From Klebsiella pneumoniae (GTDB taxonomy: Bacteria; Desulfobacterota; Binatia; UBA12015), in assembly GCA_945872365.1 (NCBI GenBank), contig CAMBZJ010000003.1:7301-71300 (forward strand): a stretch of 64,000 bases of DNA, read 5' to 3'. Each line of letters opens with the position of its first letter. Position 1 is the first letter of the stretch. Below are positions 54,292 to 64,000 of the stretch, piece by piece. Position numbers and translations under genes: made by a program. The notes under the pieces were generated by a model, which saw nothing but the letters and a program-made list of their open reading frames with translations, was not told where the DNA came from and searched no databases.

Positions 54292-55432
54292 CCCGCGAGA
54301 GACCGAGCAGCAGCCCGACCGTGATCGTCGAAGCGATCAGCGAACTGCCGCCGTAGCTCACCAGCGGCAACGGCAGGCCCTTGGTCGGCAGCAGGCCGAC
54401 GACGACCGCGATGTTCATCGCCGCCTCGACGACGAGGAGGAAGGTGAGGCCGAAGGCGACAAGTCGTGCGAAACCGTCGCTCGAGCGGGTGGCCACCCGG
54501 AAACCGCGCAGGGCGATCATCGCGAAGCAGCCGAGCACGACCAGGCCGCCGAGGAGTCCGAGTTCCTCGCCGATCAGGGCGAAGATGAAGTCGGTGTGCC
54601 CCTCGGGCAGGTAGAACATCTTCTGCTTGCCGTTGCCGAGGCCGGTGCCGCCGACGCCGCCACTGCCGAAGGCGAGTAGCGACTGAACGAGCTGGAACCC
54701 GCCGTTCTGCGGATCGCCCCACGGGTCGAGGAACGCGACCAGGCGCGCCCAGCGGTAGGGCTTGGTCCAGATGAGCGCCACCACGCCCGGCAGGGTCGCA
54801 AGACAGAGCGCGCCGAGGTGGATCGGTCGGGCTCCGGCCGCGAACATCATCGCGAAGGTGAGCGCGACCAGAACCATCGCCGCGCCGAAGTCGGGCTGCA
54901 GGAGTAGCAGCACCGCTGCGACGCCGAGTACCATCAGGTGAGGCAGCACGCCGAAGAGGAAGCTGTCCGTCTTGCCCTGCTTTTTTTGAAGGGAGCGCGC
55001 GAGGTACAGGGCAAACGCCGGCTTGAGCATCTCCGAGGGTTCGAAGGAAAGCACGACCAACGGGAGCCAGCGACGTGCGCCGTTGCGCACCTGCCCCACG
55101 TGCGGGACGAGCGTGAGCGCGACCAGCAACAGGCTGGCGAACGCGATCGGGTAGGCGACCCGTTCGAGGGTCCGGGTCTCGACCTGCATGACCCGGGAGC
55201 TCACCACGAGTCCGGCGGCGAGGAAGAACAGGTGGCGGCGCACGAGCGCATAGGGATTCCCGTAGCGCTCCTGCCCGATGAAGAAGCTCGCGTCGTAGAC
55301 CATGACGATGCCGATGCCGATCAGGAGCAGCACGGCGCCCAGCATCCAGTGATCGACAGAGCGGTTGCGCAGGACCTTGGGACGCTGCGAGGCAATGGCG
55401 CGCGACGAGACGATCGATGGCGTGGCGATCAT
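54281..55432 (-). CDS. ftsW: peptidoglycan glycosyltransferase / lipid II flippase FtsW (SEDS family)
   Basis: The ATG at 55432 overlaps the murD stop as ATGA. The product is a 10-TM SEDS protein (PEGHTDFIFALIGEELG, LPLPLVSYGGSS). Confidence 0.9.
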   Translation of the reverse strand: MIATPSIVSSRAIASQRPKVLRNRSVDHWMLGAVLLLIGIGIVMVYDASFFIGQERYGNPYALVRRHLFFLAAGLVVSSRVMQVETRTLERVAYPIAFASLLLVALTLVPHVGQVRNGARRWLPLVVLSFEPSEMLKPAFALYLARSLQKKQGKTDSFLFGVLPHLMVLGVAAVLLLLQPDFGAAMVLVALTFAMMFAAGARPIHLGALCLATLPGVVALIWTKPYRWARLVAFLDPWGDPQNGGFQLVQSLLAFGSGGVGGTGLGNGKQKMFYLPEGHTDFIFALIGEELGLLGGLVVLGCFAMIALRGFRVATRSSDGFARLVAFGLTFLLVVEAAMNIAVVVGLLPTKGLPLPLVSYGGSSLIASTITVGLLLGLSRDAR

Positions 55433-56796
55433 GGCTTCTGGCCCCTCACCTGGGCGGCGAAGGCATCCCCTCTCGCCGCGTAGTTCTCGAACTGGTCCAT
55501 GCTGGCGCAGGCCGGGGACAGCAGGACGACGTCGCCGCTGCGCGCGGCGCGCGACGCCGCCGTGACCGCATCGGCGAAGCGCTCGAAACTGCTGGTCTCC
55601 GCCACGCCCGCCCAGGCGTCGCCGAGTTCCTCGCGGGCCGCTCCGTAGAGCGAGAGGACTCGAACCTTCCGCGCGAGAAGGTGGCGCGCCACCCCGTAGT
55701 CGCCGCCCTTCGACAGTCCGCCCGCGACGAGCACCACCGAGCCGTCGGCGTAGCCCTCGAGCGACTTGAGCAGCGCACCGACGTTGGTGCCCTTCGAGTC
55801 GTCGACGTAGGCGATCCCGTCGATCTCGGCCACCGCCTCGAGACGGTGGCGAAGGCCGGAGAAGTCCTCGATGGCCTCCTGCAGCACCGCGGCCGGAACG
55901 TCGAGCGCGCGCGCCGCGAGAAGCGCCGCCATCAGGTTCTCCCGGTTGTGCTGCCCGGCGAGTTTCACGCGCGCGAGCGGGAAGACGAGTCGTCCGCCGG
56001 TCTCCTCGAGGACGACGGCGTCGCCGTCGATCGTCGCGTGGATCCCCGCCGACGTCGCCGGGGGAACCGACCCGAACGTACGGACCTCGGACGCGATCCC
56101 CGGAGCGAAGCGTGCGACCCTCGGATCCTCGCGGTTCAGGATCGCGAAGTCGCCCGCGCCCTGCCGGGCGAAGATCCTCGCCTTGGTTTCCGCGTAGTGG
56201 TCGACGTCGCGGTAACGGTCGAGATGATCGTCGGTCACGTTGAGCAGGAGCGCCACGCGCGGGTGGAACTCGTCGACCCACTCGAGCTGGAAGCTCGAGA
56301 CCTCGGCCACGACGACGTCGAAGCCGCCATCGACCGCATCGACGAGGGGCGTTCCGAGGTTGCCGCCGGTGAAGGTCCGTCGGCCGGCCCGCTCGAGCAT
56401 CGCACCGATGAGTGACGTCGTCGTGCTCTTTCCGTTGGTGCCGGTGACGGCGACGATCGGGGCCTCGATCACGCGGGCGGCGACCTCGATCTCGCTCAGC
56501 ACTGCGATCCCGCGGGCGACCGCCCCGGCGAGCACCGGGGAGTCGGCCGGAACCCCCGGACTCGGCACGACCACGTCCACGCCTTCGAGCAGCGCCGGGC
56601 CGTCCTCGCCCGCGATCCACTCGACCGACGCCAGGTCGGCCGGGCACTCGAGGCCGTCGCGCCGGTCGCAGGCGCGTACCGATGCGCCCCGGCGCATCGC
56701 CCAGCGCGCCATCGCTACCCCGGTTCGGCCGAGGCCGACGACGAGAACCCTCCGGCCCCCGAGCGGAAGCGGTGCATGCCGGATCGGGTCGCCCAT
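55429..56796 (-). CDS. murD: UDP-N-acetylmuramoylalanine--D-glutamate ligase
   Basis: The ATG at 56796 gives MGDPIRH... The product has the motifs VLVVGLGRTG and VTGTNGKSTTTSL and the Mur ligase domains. Upstream of that ATG the tracked ORF is shadow. Confidence 0.9.
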   Translation of the reverse strand: MGDPIRHAPLPLGGRRVLVVGLGRTGVAMARWAMRRGASVRACDRRDGLECPADLASVEWIAGEDGPALLEGVDVVVPSPGVPADSPVLAGAVARGIAVLSEIEVAARVIEAPIVAVTGTNGKSTTTSLIGAMLERAGRRTFTGGNLGTPLVDAVDGGFDVVVAEVSSFQLEWVDEFHPRVALLLNVTDDHLDRYRDVDHYAETKARIFARQGAGDFAILNREDPRVARFAPGIASEVRTFGSVPPATSAGIHATIDGDAVVLEETGGRLVFPLARVKLAGQHNRENLMAALLAARALDVPAAVLQEAIEDFSGLRHRLEAVAEIDGIAYVDDSKGTNVGALLKSLEGYADGSVVLVAGGLSKGGDYGVARHLLARKVRVLSLYGAAREELGDAWAGVAETSSFERFADAVTAASRAARSGDVVLLSPACASMDQFENYAARGDAFAAQVRGQKP

Positions 56797-56801
56797 TGCC
56801 C

Positions 56802-57878
56802 TCACCGCAGCTTGAGCGTCGAGAGGGAGAGCAGCGCGCAGATCACCGCGATGATCCAGAAGCGCACGATGATGAGCGGCTCCGGCCAGCCCAGGAGCTC
56901 GAAGTGATGGTGCACCGGCGCCATGCGGAAGATGCGCTTGCGGCGCAGCTTGAACGAGCCGACCTGGAAGATGACCGAGAACATCTCGGCGAAGAAGACG
57001 CCGCCGAGCAGCGGTAGGAGCAGGGCCTGCTTGCTCACCAGCATCATGACGGCGATCGCGGCACCGAGCGGGAGCGAGCCGACGTCGCCCATGAACACCT
57101 TCGCCGGGTACGCGTTGAACCAGAGAAAACCGAGCCCCGCGGCGACCAGCGCGCCGCCGAAGACGGCGAGTTCGCCGGCCCCGGGGACGTGGTCGATCTG
57201 CAGGTAGCGGGCGATCTCGGCGTGACCTGCGACGTAGGCGAAGACGGTGCAGGTGCCGGCGGCGATCGCGACCGGGACGATCGCGAGGCCGTCGAGACCG
57301 TCGGTCAGGTTCACGGCGTTGGAAGTGCCGACGATCAGCAGCGCGGCAAAGGGCACGTACCACCACCCGAGCGCCGGGTGGAGGTCCTTGAACACCGGGA
57401 ACACGACCTCCGTACCGATCTCCGGCTGGAGGGCGAGAAACAGGGCTGCGGGAACCGCGATCGCGAACTGCAGCAACAGCTTGCCGCGCGCCGAGAGTCC
57501 GGCGGAACTGCGACCGCGCAGCTTGCGGTAGTCGTCGACGAAACCGATCGCGCCGAAGCCGAGCAGCACGAACAGGGTGAGCCAGACGTAGGGGTTGCCG
57601 AGATCGGCAAGGAGCAGTGTTGCGAGCGTGCTCGAGAAGAGGATGAGCGTGCCGCCCATCGTCGGCGTGCCGGCCTTGGCCTTGTGGCGCTCCGGACCGT
57701 CGTCGCGGATGTGCTGCCCTACGCGCAACTCAGAGAGCTTGCGGATGAGCGGCTTGCCGAGCCAGAGCGAGATCACGAGCGCCGTCAGGCTGGCGACCAG
57801 CGTGCGGAAGGAGATGTAGCGAAAGACGTTGAGCGCCGAGTAGGTCCGGTGCAGAGGATAGAGTAACTGGTAGAGCAT
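56802..57878 (-). CDS. mraY: phospho-N-acetylmuramoyl-pentapeptide-transferase
   Basis: The product has the canonical MraY motifs MLYQLLYPL..., [13 protein letters not shown] and VHHHFE. Confidence 0.95.
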   Translation of the reverse strand: MLYQLLYPLHRTYSALNVFRYISFRTLVASLTALVISLWLGKPLIRKLSELRVGQHIRDDGPERHKAKAGTPTMGGTLILFSSTLATLLLADLGNPYVWLTLFVLLGFGAIGFVDDYRKLRGRSSAGLSARGKLLLQFAIAVPAALFLALQPEIGTEVVFPVFKDLHPALGWWYVPFAALLIVGTSNAVNLTDGLDGLAIVPVAIAAGTCTVFAYVAGHAEIARYLQIDHVPGAGELAVFGGALVAAGLGFLWFNAYPAKVFMGDVGSLPLGAAIAVMMLVSKQALLLPLLGGVFFAEMFSVIFQVGSFKLRRKRIFRMAPVHHHFELLGWPEPLIIVRFWIIAVICALLSLSTLKLR

Positions 57879-58194
57879 CGCCCGCCTTCGAGTTCGCTTC
57901 GGTCCACTATGCCCGGTGGTCGGGCCAGGTCCGATTCGCGCGCCCGCTCGGACACGGCGACCCGGACCTGACCCCTACCACCATTCCGGACGCTTCCTCC
58001 GCAACCTCACCACCACCGACCTGCGCCCGGAGGCCTGTCCGCCACCCGCCTTCGTGCAGTGCATGCCGGAGTGACGAGACCACTCCCGCACCGCCCGCGA
58101 AGACGGCGGCCGCCGGATCTCCCGGCGGCCTCCTCCACCTGCCCACTTCCTCCACCACTCCCCCTTCGACGGGGGCGGACGAGTCCCGATCGGC

Positions 58195-59751
58195 TCAACC
58201 GTCGCGAGCCGCAACCTCCTCTTTTTTCCATCCCCGCGCCGCCAGCGCAGCGCGAGCCTCCTCGCGATCGTCGAGATGAAACTTCGTCGTCCCAACCACC
58301 TGGTAGTCCTCGTGACCCTTTCCGGCGACGAGGACCAGGTCGCCGTCGCGCGCGATCTCGATCGCGCGCCGAATCGCCGTGCGGCGCTCGGGCACCACCA
58401 CAACTGCCTCCACCACACCTTGCCCGAGCACCGCCTCAGCAACGGGCGTGCGGCCTTCGCTGCGCACGCCCTCCTCGATGGCGGCAAGGATCGCCATCGG
58501 ATTCTCCGTCCTCGGATTGTCCGAGGTCAGTATGACAACGTCGGAAAGCCGCGCGGCGATCGCTCCCATGAGCGGGCGCTTGCCCGCATCGCGATCGCCG
58601 CCGCAGCCGAAAACCGTGATGAGCCGGCCCGCACACAGGCTGCGCAGGCTGACCAGGACCCGTTCAAGCGCATCGGGCTTGTGAGCGTAATCGACCACGA
58701 CCCGGAAGGGCTGGCCGGCCCGCACCGATTCCAGGCGCCCGGGCACCGCCGGCAGCGCCGCGATGCCGCGTACGATCGCCTCCGGGGGGACACCGAGGCG
58801 CCAGGCGGTCGCGGCCGCGGCCTCGATATTGGCGGCGTGCGGCGCACCCACGAGGCGGGTCGCGAAGGGAAACCGCACCCCGCCGAGATCGAGTTCGCCG
58901 CGGGTCCCGTCGAGGTCGGCGACCAGATCGGTGCAGTGCACGTCCCCGCCCGGCCCGAAGCCGACGCAGGGCACCGCCGAGCGTGCCGCGACCTTCTGCA
59001 CCTCCGGATCGGAGGCGTTCATGACCGCGAAACTCGGCTTGCCTGAGGCGGGCAGCAATTCGAGGAAAAGGCGCGCCTTCGCCTCCCGGTAGTCGTCCAT
59101 GTCCAGGTGGAAGTCGAGATGGTCGCGCGAGAGGTTCGTAAACACCGCGGCGTCGAAGGAAGTCGCCCGGAGGCGGTCGAGTGCGAGAGCGTGCGAGGAC
59201 GCCTCGAGCGCCACATGGGTGACCCCGTCGCGGCGCATTCGCGCGAGCAGTCCCTGGAGCTCGACCGCGTCGGGCGTGGTGAGCGAAGCCGCCTTCTGCG
59301 AGCCGCCCCAGCGGTACTCGATCGTCCCGATGACGCCCGTCGCGTGCCCGGCGGCGACGAATATCGCCTCGAGGAGCCAGGTGGTCGTCGTCTTGCCGCT
59401 GGTCCCCGTCACCGCGACGACGGTCATCGCCCGGCTGGGGTGCCCGGCCATGGCGGCGGCTGCCTCGGCCACGAAGGCGCGCGGCGCCCTGCAGGCGACG
59501 AGCGCGCGATCCGACGGCGCCTCGACCGAGTCCGCGCGATCGTCCGCGAGCGCGACCGCCGCCGCCCCCCGCGCGAACGCTTCGCCCGCGTAACTCGCTC
59601 CATCGGCCTTCTCGCCGGGCAGGCCGACGAAGAGGTCGCCCGCGACGATGTCGCGCGAGTCGAGGACCACGCGCGCGATCCGCGTGCCCGGTTCGCCGGC
59701 GACCAGGCGCGCACCCGAGGGACAGTCCACGAGCAGGCGCGCGAGTTCCAT
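58195..59751 (-). CDS. murE: UDP-N-acetylmuramoyl-L-alanyl-D-glutamate--2,6-diaminopimelate ligase
   Basis: The ATG at 59751 gives MELARLL... The product has the motifs VTGTSGKTTTT and DNPR (meso-DAP-specific MurE signature; read here as ILTSDNPRTENP). The upstream part of the tracked ORF overlaps ftsI in another frame. Confidence 0.9.
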   Translation of the reverse strand: MELARLLVDCPSGARLVAGEPGTRIARVVLDSRDIVAGDLFVGLPGEKADGASYAGEAFARGAAAVALADDRADSVEAPSDRALVACRAPRAFVAEAAAAMAGHPSRAMTVVAVTGTSGKTTTTWLLEAIFVAAGHATGVIGTIEYRWGGSQKAASLTTPDAVELQGLLARMRRDGVTHVALEASSHALALDRLRATSFDAAVFTNLSRDHLDFHLDMDDYREAKARLFLELLPASGKPSFAVMNASDPEVQKVAARSAVPCVGFGPGGDVHCTDLVADLDGTRGELDLGGVRFPFATRLVGAPHAANIEAAAATAWRLGVPPEAIVRGIAALPAVPGRLESVRAGQPFRVVVDYAHKPDALERVLVSLRSLCAGRLITVFGCGGDRDAGKRPLMGAIAARLSDVVILTSDNPRTENPMAILAAIEEGVRSEGRTPVAEAVLGQGVVEAVVVVPERRTAIRRAIEIARDGDLVLVAGKGHEDYQVVGTTKFHLDDREEARAALAARGWKKEEVAARDG

Positions 59752-59819
59752 GCCCCGGATTTCGGGCGCGCCGGCCGGCGACGGCGCGGCACCGCCGATG
59801 GCGGCTTCCGATGGCGCGT

Positions 59820-61916
59820 TCACAGGCTCGGCTCCAGCAGGAGGACGACGCTGTCCCCTGCGTAACGCGGCGTCCCCGCCGGCGGGTCCTGCGCCTTCAC
59901 GAAGCCGCTGCCGCGCGCCTCCTCGATCGAGAGGCCGTCGGCGGCCGCGGTCTCGAGCGCCCGGCGGAGACTCATCCCGAGGAAGGCCGGAACGGTGCCA
60001 CGCGGGTCGCCGTCGATGCCGGTCCACCCGGCCATCGAGGCTTGCTGCAGGGCGAGCCCGGGCTCGGGTCCGTCGCCGGGCCGGGGGCGAAGTCCCTTCG
60101 GGACGCGGCGCGTCGGCGTCGGCGCCTTCGCCGTCCTGGCCGCATGGGCTCCCTTGGCCGACTTCGGGTCGGCGGCGATGGCGGGGCGCTCGCCGAGCCG
60201 GTCGAGGGCACGCGACATGATCTCCCGGAACACGGGGGCCGCAACCAACCCTCCGTAGGTCTGCGTGCGCGGCGTGTCGATCATGACGAGCAGCACGTAG
60301 GCCGGGTCGTCGGCCGGCGCGAAGCCGACGAACGAGGCGAGTCGGTCGCGCGAGTAGCGACCGGTGTGCGGATCGACCTTCTGCGCGGTGCCGGTCTTGC
60401 CGGCGACCCGGACGCCTTCCATGCGAGCCTTGCCGCCCGTGCCGCCCTCGAACTCGACGACCCGCTCGAGCATCGAGGTCACGGCACGCGCGGTCTCCGG
60501 GGAGATCACCTGGCGCGTCGCCGTCTCCGCCTCCGCGTCCTCGCGGTCGAGCAACACCCGGCCACTGCGGTCGACGGCACGTCGCAACAGGTGCGGCTGG
60601 TGCAGTACGCCACCGTTGGCGAGCGCACCGTAGGCCGCCGCGAGCTGGATCGGCGTGACGGAGAGCCCCTGGCCGAAGCTGCCGGTCGCCAGGTCGATCG
60701 GCGCCCACGTCGAGAACGGGCGCACGATGCCGCCGATCTCGCCGGGCAGGTCGATCGACGTGCGGTGGCCGAAGCCGAAGCGCTCAAGGTAACGCCCGTA
60801 GCGCTCGCGTCCGAGGCCCGCCGCGATCTTGCTCACCCCGATGTTGCTCGAAAACTGGATCACCTCGGGCATCGTCAGGAGCCCGTAGGGATGGTGATCG
60901 TGGATGGTCCACTTGCCGATCCGGTACTGGCCGCGCTCGCAGAAGACCGAGTCGGTCGGTTTCATGGTGCGCTCCTCGAGCGCCGTCGCCATGAGGATGG
61001 CCTTGAGCGTCGAGCCCGGCTCGAAGGCGTCGGTCACGGCGCGGTTGCGCCGGGCTCCCATGATCGCGACGCCGGGCTTATTCGGGTCGTAGGTGGGGAC
61101 GTTCGCGAGAGCGAGCACCTCGCCGCTCTTGGGATCGAGCAGCACCGCCGTGCCGGCCTGGGCACGCGCCTCCTCGACGCCGATCGCGAGTTCGCGCTCG
61201 ACGAGCGCCTGCAGACCCGCGTCGATCGTGAGCGTGAGGGATGCTCCGGCCGCGAAGGGCCCCTCCTCGGCGTCACCCGGTTCGACGTCGTCGCCTTCGT
61301 CCTCGGCGATCATCAAGGCACGCCCGAGTCCGTCGCGCTGCATCCGCAGCACCGTCTCCGGGCCGCGCATCCAGCGGTCGTAGCGCAACTCGATTCCCTC
61401 GAGTCCGCGCAGGTCCGAACCCGAGAAGCCCACCACGTGGGCTCCGACGGGGCCCTGCGGATAGACCCGCCGCCCCTCGGTCACCGAGCCGACGCCGAGG
61501 ATGGCGAGTTGCGAGACCGCGCGGGCCTCGTCGTGGGGGACGCGGCGCTTGAGCCAGACGAATCCGCGCGGCGCATCGAGCTTGCGGTCGAGCACCCGCG
61601 GGGAGATGCCGAGCGCCTTCGCCAGCGCGGGGCGCACCTCCGCAGCGACCGGGTATTTGCGCGGGCTCGCGTAGATCGACGAGGTGGCCATCGTCTCCGC
61701 GAAGACCTCGCCGAAGCGGTCGCGGATCGCGCCGCGCATCGCGGTGAGGCGCACTGTCTCGCGGTGCTGTCGACTCGCGCGGCGCGCGAGATCGGCATGG
61801 TCGAGGATCGTCAACTGGGCGACCCGGGCGCCGATGAGCACGAGAATGGCGACCATCGCCCCAGCGACGAGCGGGATCCGATCGCCCCGCGGGCCGGTCG
61901 ACGGCGCGACGCTCAC
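59820..61916 (-). CDS. ftsI: peptidoglycan D,D-transpeptidase FtsI (class B PBP) with a C-terminal PASTA domain
   Basis: The product has a TM anchor, a dimerisation domain, the transpeptidase motifs STLK, SSN and KTGT, and a ~60-aa C-terminal PASTA-like domain (PAFLGMSLRRALETAAADGLSIEEARGSGFVKAQDPPAGT...VVLLLEP). Confidence 0.9.
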   Translation of the reverse strand: MSVAPSTGPRGDRIPLVAGAMVAILVLIGARVAQLTILDHADLARRASRQHRETVRLTAMRGAIRDRFGEVFAETMATSSIYASPRKYPVAAEVRPALAKALGISPRVLDRKLDAPRGFVWLKRRVPHDEARAVSQLAILGVGSVTEGRRVYPQGPVGAHVVGFSGSDLRGLEGIELRYDRWMRGPETVLRMQRDGLGRALMIAEDEGDDVEPGDAEEGPFAAGASLTLTIDAGLQALVERELAIGVEEARAQAGTAVLLDPKSGEVLALANVPTYDPNKPGVAIMGARRNRAVTDAFEPGSTLKAILMATALEERTMKPTDSVFCERGQYRIGKWTIHDHHPYGLLTMPEVIQFSSNIGVSKIAAGLGRERYGRYLERFGFGHRTSIDLPGEIGGIVRPFSTWAPIDLATGSFGQGLSVTPIQLAAAYGALANGGVLHQPHLLRRAVDRSGRVLLDREDAEAETATRQVISPETARAVTSMLERVVEFEGGTGGKARMEGVRVAGKTGTAQKVDPHTGRYSRDRLASFVGFAPADDPAYVLLVMIDTPRTQTYGGLVAAPVFREIMSRALDRLGERPAIAADPKSAKGAHAARTAKAPTPTRRVPKGLRPRPGDGPEPGLALQQASMAGWTGIDGDPRGTVPAFLGMSLRRALETAAADGLSIEEARGSGFVKAQDPPAGTPRYAGDSVVLLLEPSL

Positions 61917-62437
61917 GGCACCACCACCTGTCCGGGGGCCGGCGCGTGCAGTCCCAGGCGGACAGCAGCGCGTTCGATGCGGGCCGGGGCCGTCGCGGCC
62001 GCGAGTTCGATCGTCAACTCGTGCACCTGTTGATCGAGTTTCTCCGTGACCTGCTGCGTCGCCCCGAGCGCGTAACCCACGCGGGCGGCCTCGATGCCGG
62101 TCCAGACATGGAAGATTCCGACGGCGAGCAGAAAGAGTCCCGCGACCACGTTGCGGCGCAGCGTGCGGGCGCGCTCGACCATGCCGATCTCGGCTCCGCT
62201 CGTCCGACGGGCAGCCGCAGGCAGCGCCGGAATCGGCACGCGGGGCTGCACGCGAGGGAGGGCGGGGGCACCGACGGCAAACGGAAAGGCCTGTTGCGGC
62301 GGGCGGTCGGCGGCCTTCGCGGGCTCGACGGCACGCCGCGCCCGGCGCGGAGCGCTCGTGCGTGCCGGAGCGATCGAATCGCTCTCCAGCAGCTCGACCG
62401 ACCTCGCCTCAGCGACCACCGATCCACTCCAGTGCAC
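61913..62437 (-). CDS. ftsL: cell division protein FtsL-like (single TM + coiled coil), with a possible long Pro/Ala-rich N-terminal extension
   Basis: The TM segment VVAGLFLLAVGIFHVW is followed by a helical segment (QQVTEKLDQQVHELTIELAA). The stop overlaps the ftsI start. The true start may be the internal Met (MVERARTLRRN..., ~62182). Confidence 0.55.
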   Translation of the reverse strand: MHWSGSVVAEARSVELLESDSIAPARTSAPRRARRAVEPAKAADRPPQQAFPFAVGAPALPRVQPRVPIPALPAAARRTSGAEIGMVERARTLRRNVVAGLFLLAVGIFHVWTGIEAARVGYALGATQQVTEKLDQQVHELTIELAAATAPARIERAAVRLGLHAPAPGQVVVP

Positions 62438-63359
62438 GCAGGCGCGCGCTCCTCGCGCGCGGGTTGCGCGCTACTTCCCCGGGCCCCGACTGCACGGCGC
62501 CGCGGGCGAGCAGACGGGCACGCGCCACGCCCCCGCAGCGGCAGAGGAGCAACGACGGCGGGCAGGTGCAGGCGGCGCTCCACGCCCGGAAGGCGGTCTT
62601 CACGCGGCGATCCTCGAGCGAGTGGTACGAGAGGATCGCGACCCGGCCGCCGGCGGCGAGGCACCCCGGGAGTGCCGCGAGCAGCGCATCGAGTTCCTCG
62701 AGTTCGCGATTCACCGCGATGCGCAGGGCCTGGAAGGTGAGCGTCGCCGGATCCCGGTGGGCCGGACGGTGCCGGACCGCGCCGGCGACGCGTTCGCGCA
62801 GCTCGGTGGTGGTGCGGGGCCTCTCGCCACGGACGATCGCACGGGCGATGCGCCGCGCGTCGCGATCCTCGCCATACTCGTGGATCAGGTCGGCGATCTC
62901 CGATTCGCTGACCGTCGCGAGGATCTCGGCCGCGGTCGCGCCGCTGCCCGTATCCATCCGCATGTCGAGGTCGGCCGTCGCGCGGAATCCGAAACCGCGC
63001 GCCGTGTCGTCGAGTTGCATCGACGACACGCCCAGGTCGGCGACCACGAGGTCGACGCCCTGCCAGCCCGCCTCTGCGACCCGCTCGGCGATCGCGCCGA
63101 AGCGGCCGTGGACGAGGCGCACGCGTTCGCCGAACCGGGCGAGCCTGCGCTCCGCGATCCCGAGCGCCCGGGTGTCGCGATCGACCCCGACGAAGCTCGC
63201 ATCGGCGGGGAGTGCCTCGAGCAGCGCCGTCGCATGTCCACCGAGGCCCACGGTGAGATCGAGAACCCGGAGCCCCGACCGCGGCGCCTCGGGCACCAGC
63301 AGCCGAACCACCTCGGCGCAGAGCACCGGTTCGTGCGCGAACTCCACCGTCTCCGGCAT
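62409..63359 (-). CDS. rsmH: 16S rRNA (cytosine1402-N4)-methyltransferase
   Basis: The ATG near 63359 gives MPETVEFAHEPVL... The product has SAM-MTase RsmH motifs (DLTVGLGGHA, DRDTRAL, DLGVSSMQLD, SYHSLEDR). Confidence 0.9.
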   Translation of the reverse strand: MPETVEFAHEPVLCAEVVRLLVPEAPRSGLRVLDLTVGLGGHATALLEALPADASFVGVDRDTRALGIAERRLARFGERVRLVHGRFGAIAERVAEAGWQGVDLVVADLGVSSMQLDDTARGFGFRATADLDMRMDTGSGATAAEILATVSESEIADLIHEYGEDRDARRIARAIVRGERPRTTTELRERVAGAVRHRPAHRDPATLTFQALRIAVNRELEELDALLAALPGCLAAGGRVAILSYHSLEDRRVKTAFRAWSAACTCPPSLLLCRCGGVARARLLARGAVQSGPGEVARNPRARSARLRALEWIGGR

Positions 63360-63474
63360 GGCCACGGCCCTTCCTCGCGGCCGGGACGCCGCGGCTCCCG
63401 GACGCATGCGAAACCGCACCCGTACCCCGGCCGCACCCGGCAGGACGATCCCGGACGCCCGGGCGGTTCGAGGC

Positions 63475-63930
63475 TCAGACGCCGAGATCACGGAACAGGT
63501 CCGGGTTGTCCCGCAGCATCGAGCGGTAGGCCGCGACCACCTTGTCGTAGCCGGCCGCACCGAAGATGCGGAATTTCCTGCCCACGCCTGCGAAGACGAC
63601 GTCTTGCTCCATCTCCGCGTAGCGCCGCTGGGACTGTGGCAGCACGATGCGCCCCTGCTTGTCCGGCAGACAGGGCTGCGCGCTCCCGATGTAGGCCGAC
63701 TCGAAGAGCAGCCGGTTCTGCGAGAAGGAGCCGATCTTCGACTGCAGTTCGTCGAGGAAGTCCTGCCAGCCCCGAGCCGGATAGGCCTCGAGGCAAGGCA
63801 CCCCGGCGACCTCGAAGATGGTCAGCATGAGCTTGTCGTCCGAAGCCCCCGAGAGGGTCTCCCGGAAGCGGGCCGGAATCGCCACGCGCCCCTTGCCGTC
63901 GAGCGAGTTGGAATAGTTGCCGGAGAACAT
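63475..63930 (-). CDS. mraZ: division/cell wall cluster transcriptional regulator MraZ
   Basis: The ATG at 63930 gives MFSGNYSNSLDGKGRVAIPARFRE... The product has two DXXXR-type SpoVT/AbrB-like repeats and is 151 aa. Confidence 0.85.
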   Translation of the reverse strand: MFSGNYSNSLDGKGRVAIPARFRETLSGASDDKLMLTIFEVAGVPCLEAYPARGWQDFLDELQSKIGSFSQNRLLFESAYIGSAQPCLPDKQGRIVLPQSQRRYAEMEQDVVFAGVGRKFRIFGAAGYDKVVAAYRSMLRDNPDLFRDLGV

Positions 63931-64000
63931 GGTCGTGGTCCGGGAAAGGACACCATCCAATCATCCACTCAACCCCACCTTTCCCCACCGCCCTCCTACG

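Noticed and set aside
57907-58535. Short ORFs (74-170 aa) in the murE-mraY spacer
   Set aside because: They are all low-complexity Arg/Gly/Pro translations with no start context. I treated the region as non-coding (see the murF-absence finding).

Overview
This is a 64-kb window of very GC-rich (~70%) bacterial chromosome. Nothing in it looks mobile, and I found no rRNA, tRNA, CRISPR arrays or transposases by eye. The main blocks, left to right, are: (1) a 3'-partial FGGY sugar kinase, an SDR, an epimerase, a tandem-DUF1330 lipoprotein, a GST-like gene, a B12-domain-less methylmalonyl-CoA-mutase-family gene, speA, degP/htrA, cspA with a long 5' leader, an acyl-CoA dehydrogenase (ACAD), a DUF748-like protein, rsmI and a secreted PQQ-type beta-propeller. 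(2) A minus-strand 11-gene complex I operon, nuoABCDHIJKLMN, which lacks nuoE, nuoF and nuoG. Directly upstream on the same strand is a porin-like outer-membrane barrel followed by a FecB/BtuF-type substrate-binding protein, a FecCD permease and an ATPase. (3) An accessory-looking island: a histone/phasin-like Lys/Pro-rich protein, two translationally coupled ACADs, and, divergently, two translationally coupled ArsA/Get3-like ATPases followed by a convergent phasin-like protein. (4) An acpS / B12-radical-SAM / hypothetical operon, PPK2, a type I Baeyer-Villiger monooxygenase, and a small operon of a regulator-like protein plus a Cys-repeat lipoprotein behind a long, structured leader. (5) A near-complete division and cell-wall (dcw) cluster on the minus strand: mraZ-rsmH-ftsL-ftsI-murE-(no murF)-mraY-murD-ftsW-murG-murC-murB-ddl-ftsQ-ftsA-ftsZ. 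Many long ORFs in the six-frame track are antisense or out-of-frame shadows typical of high-GC DNA, and I rejected them. I refined start codons by hand; after about position 28 kb they may be off by 1-3 nt.
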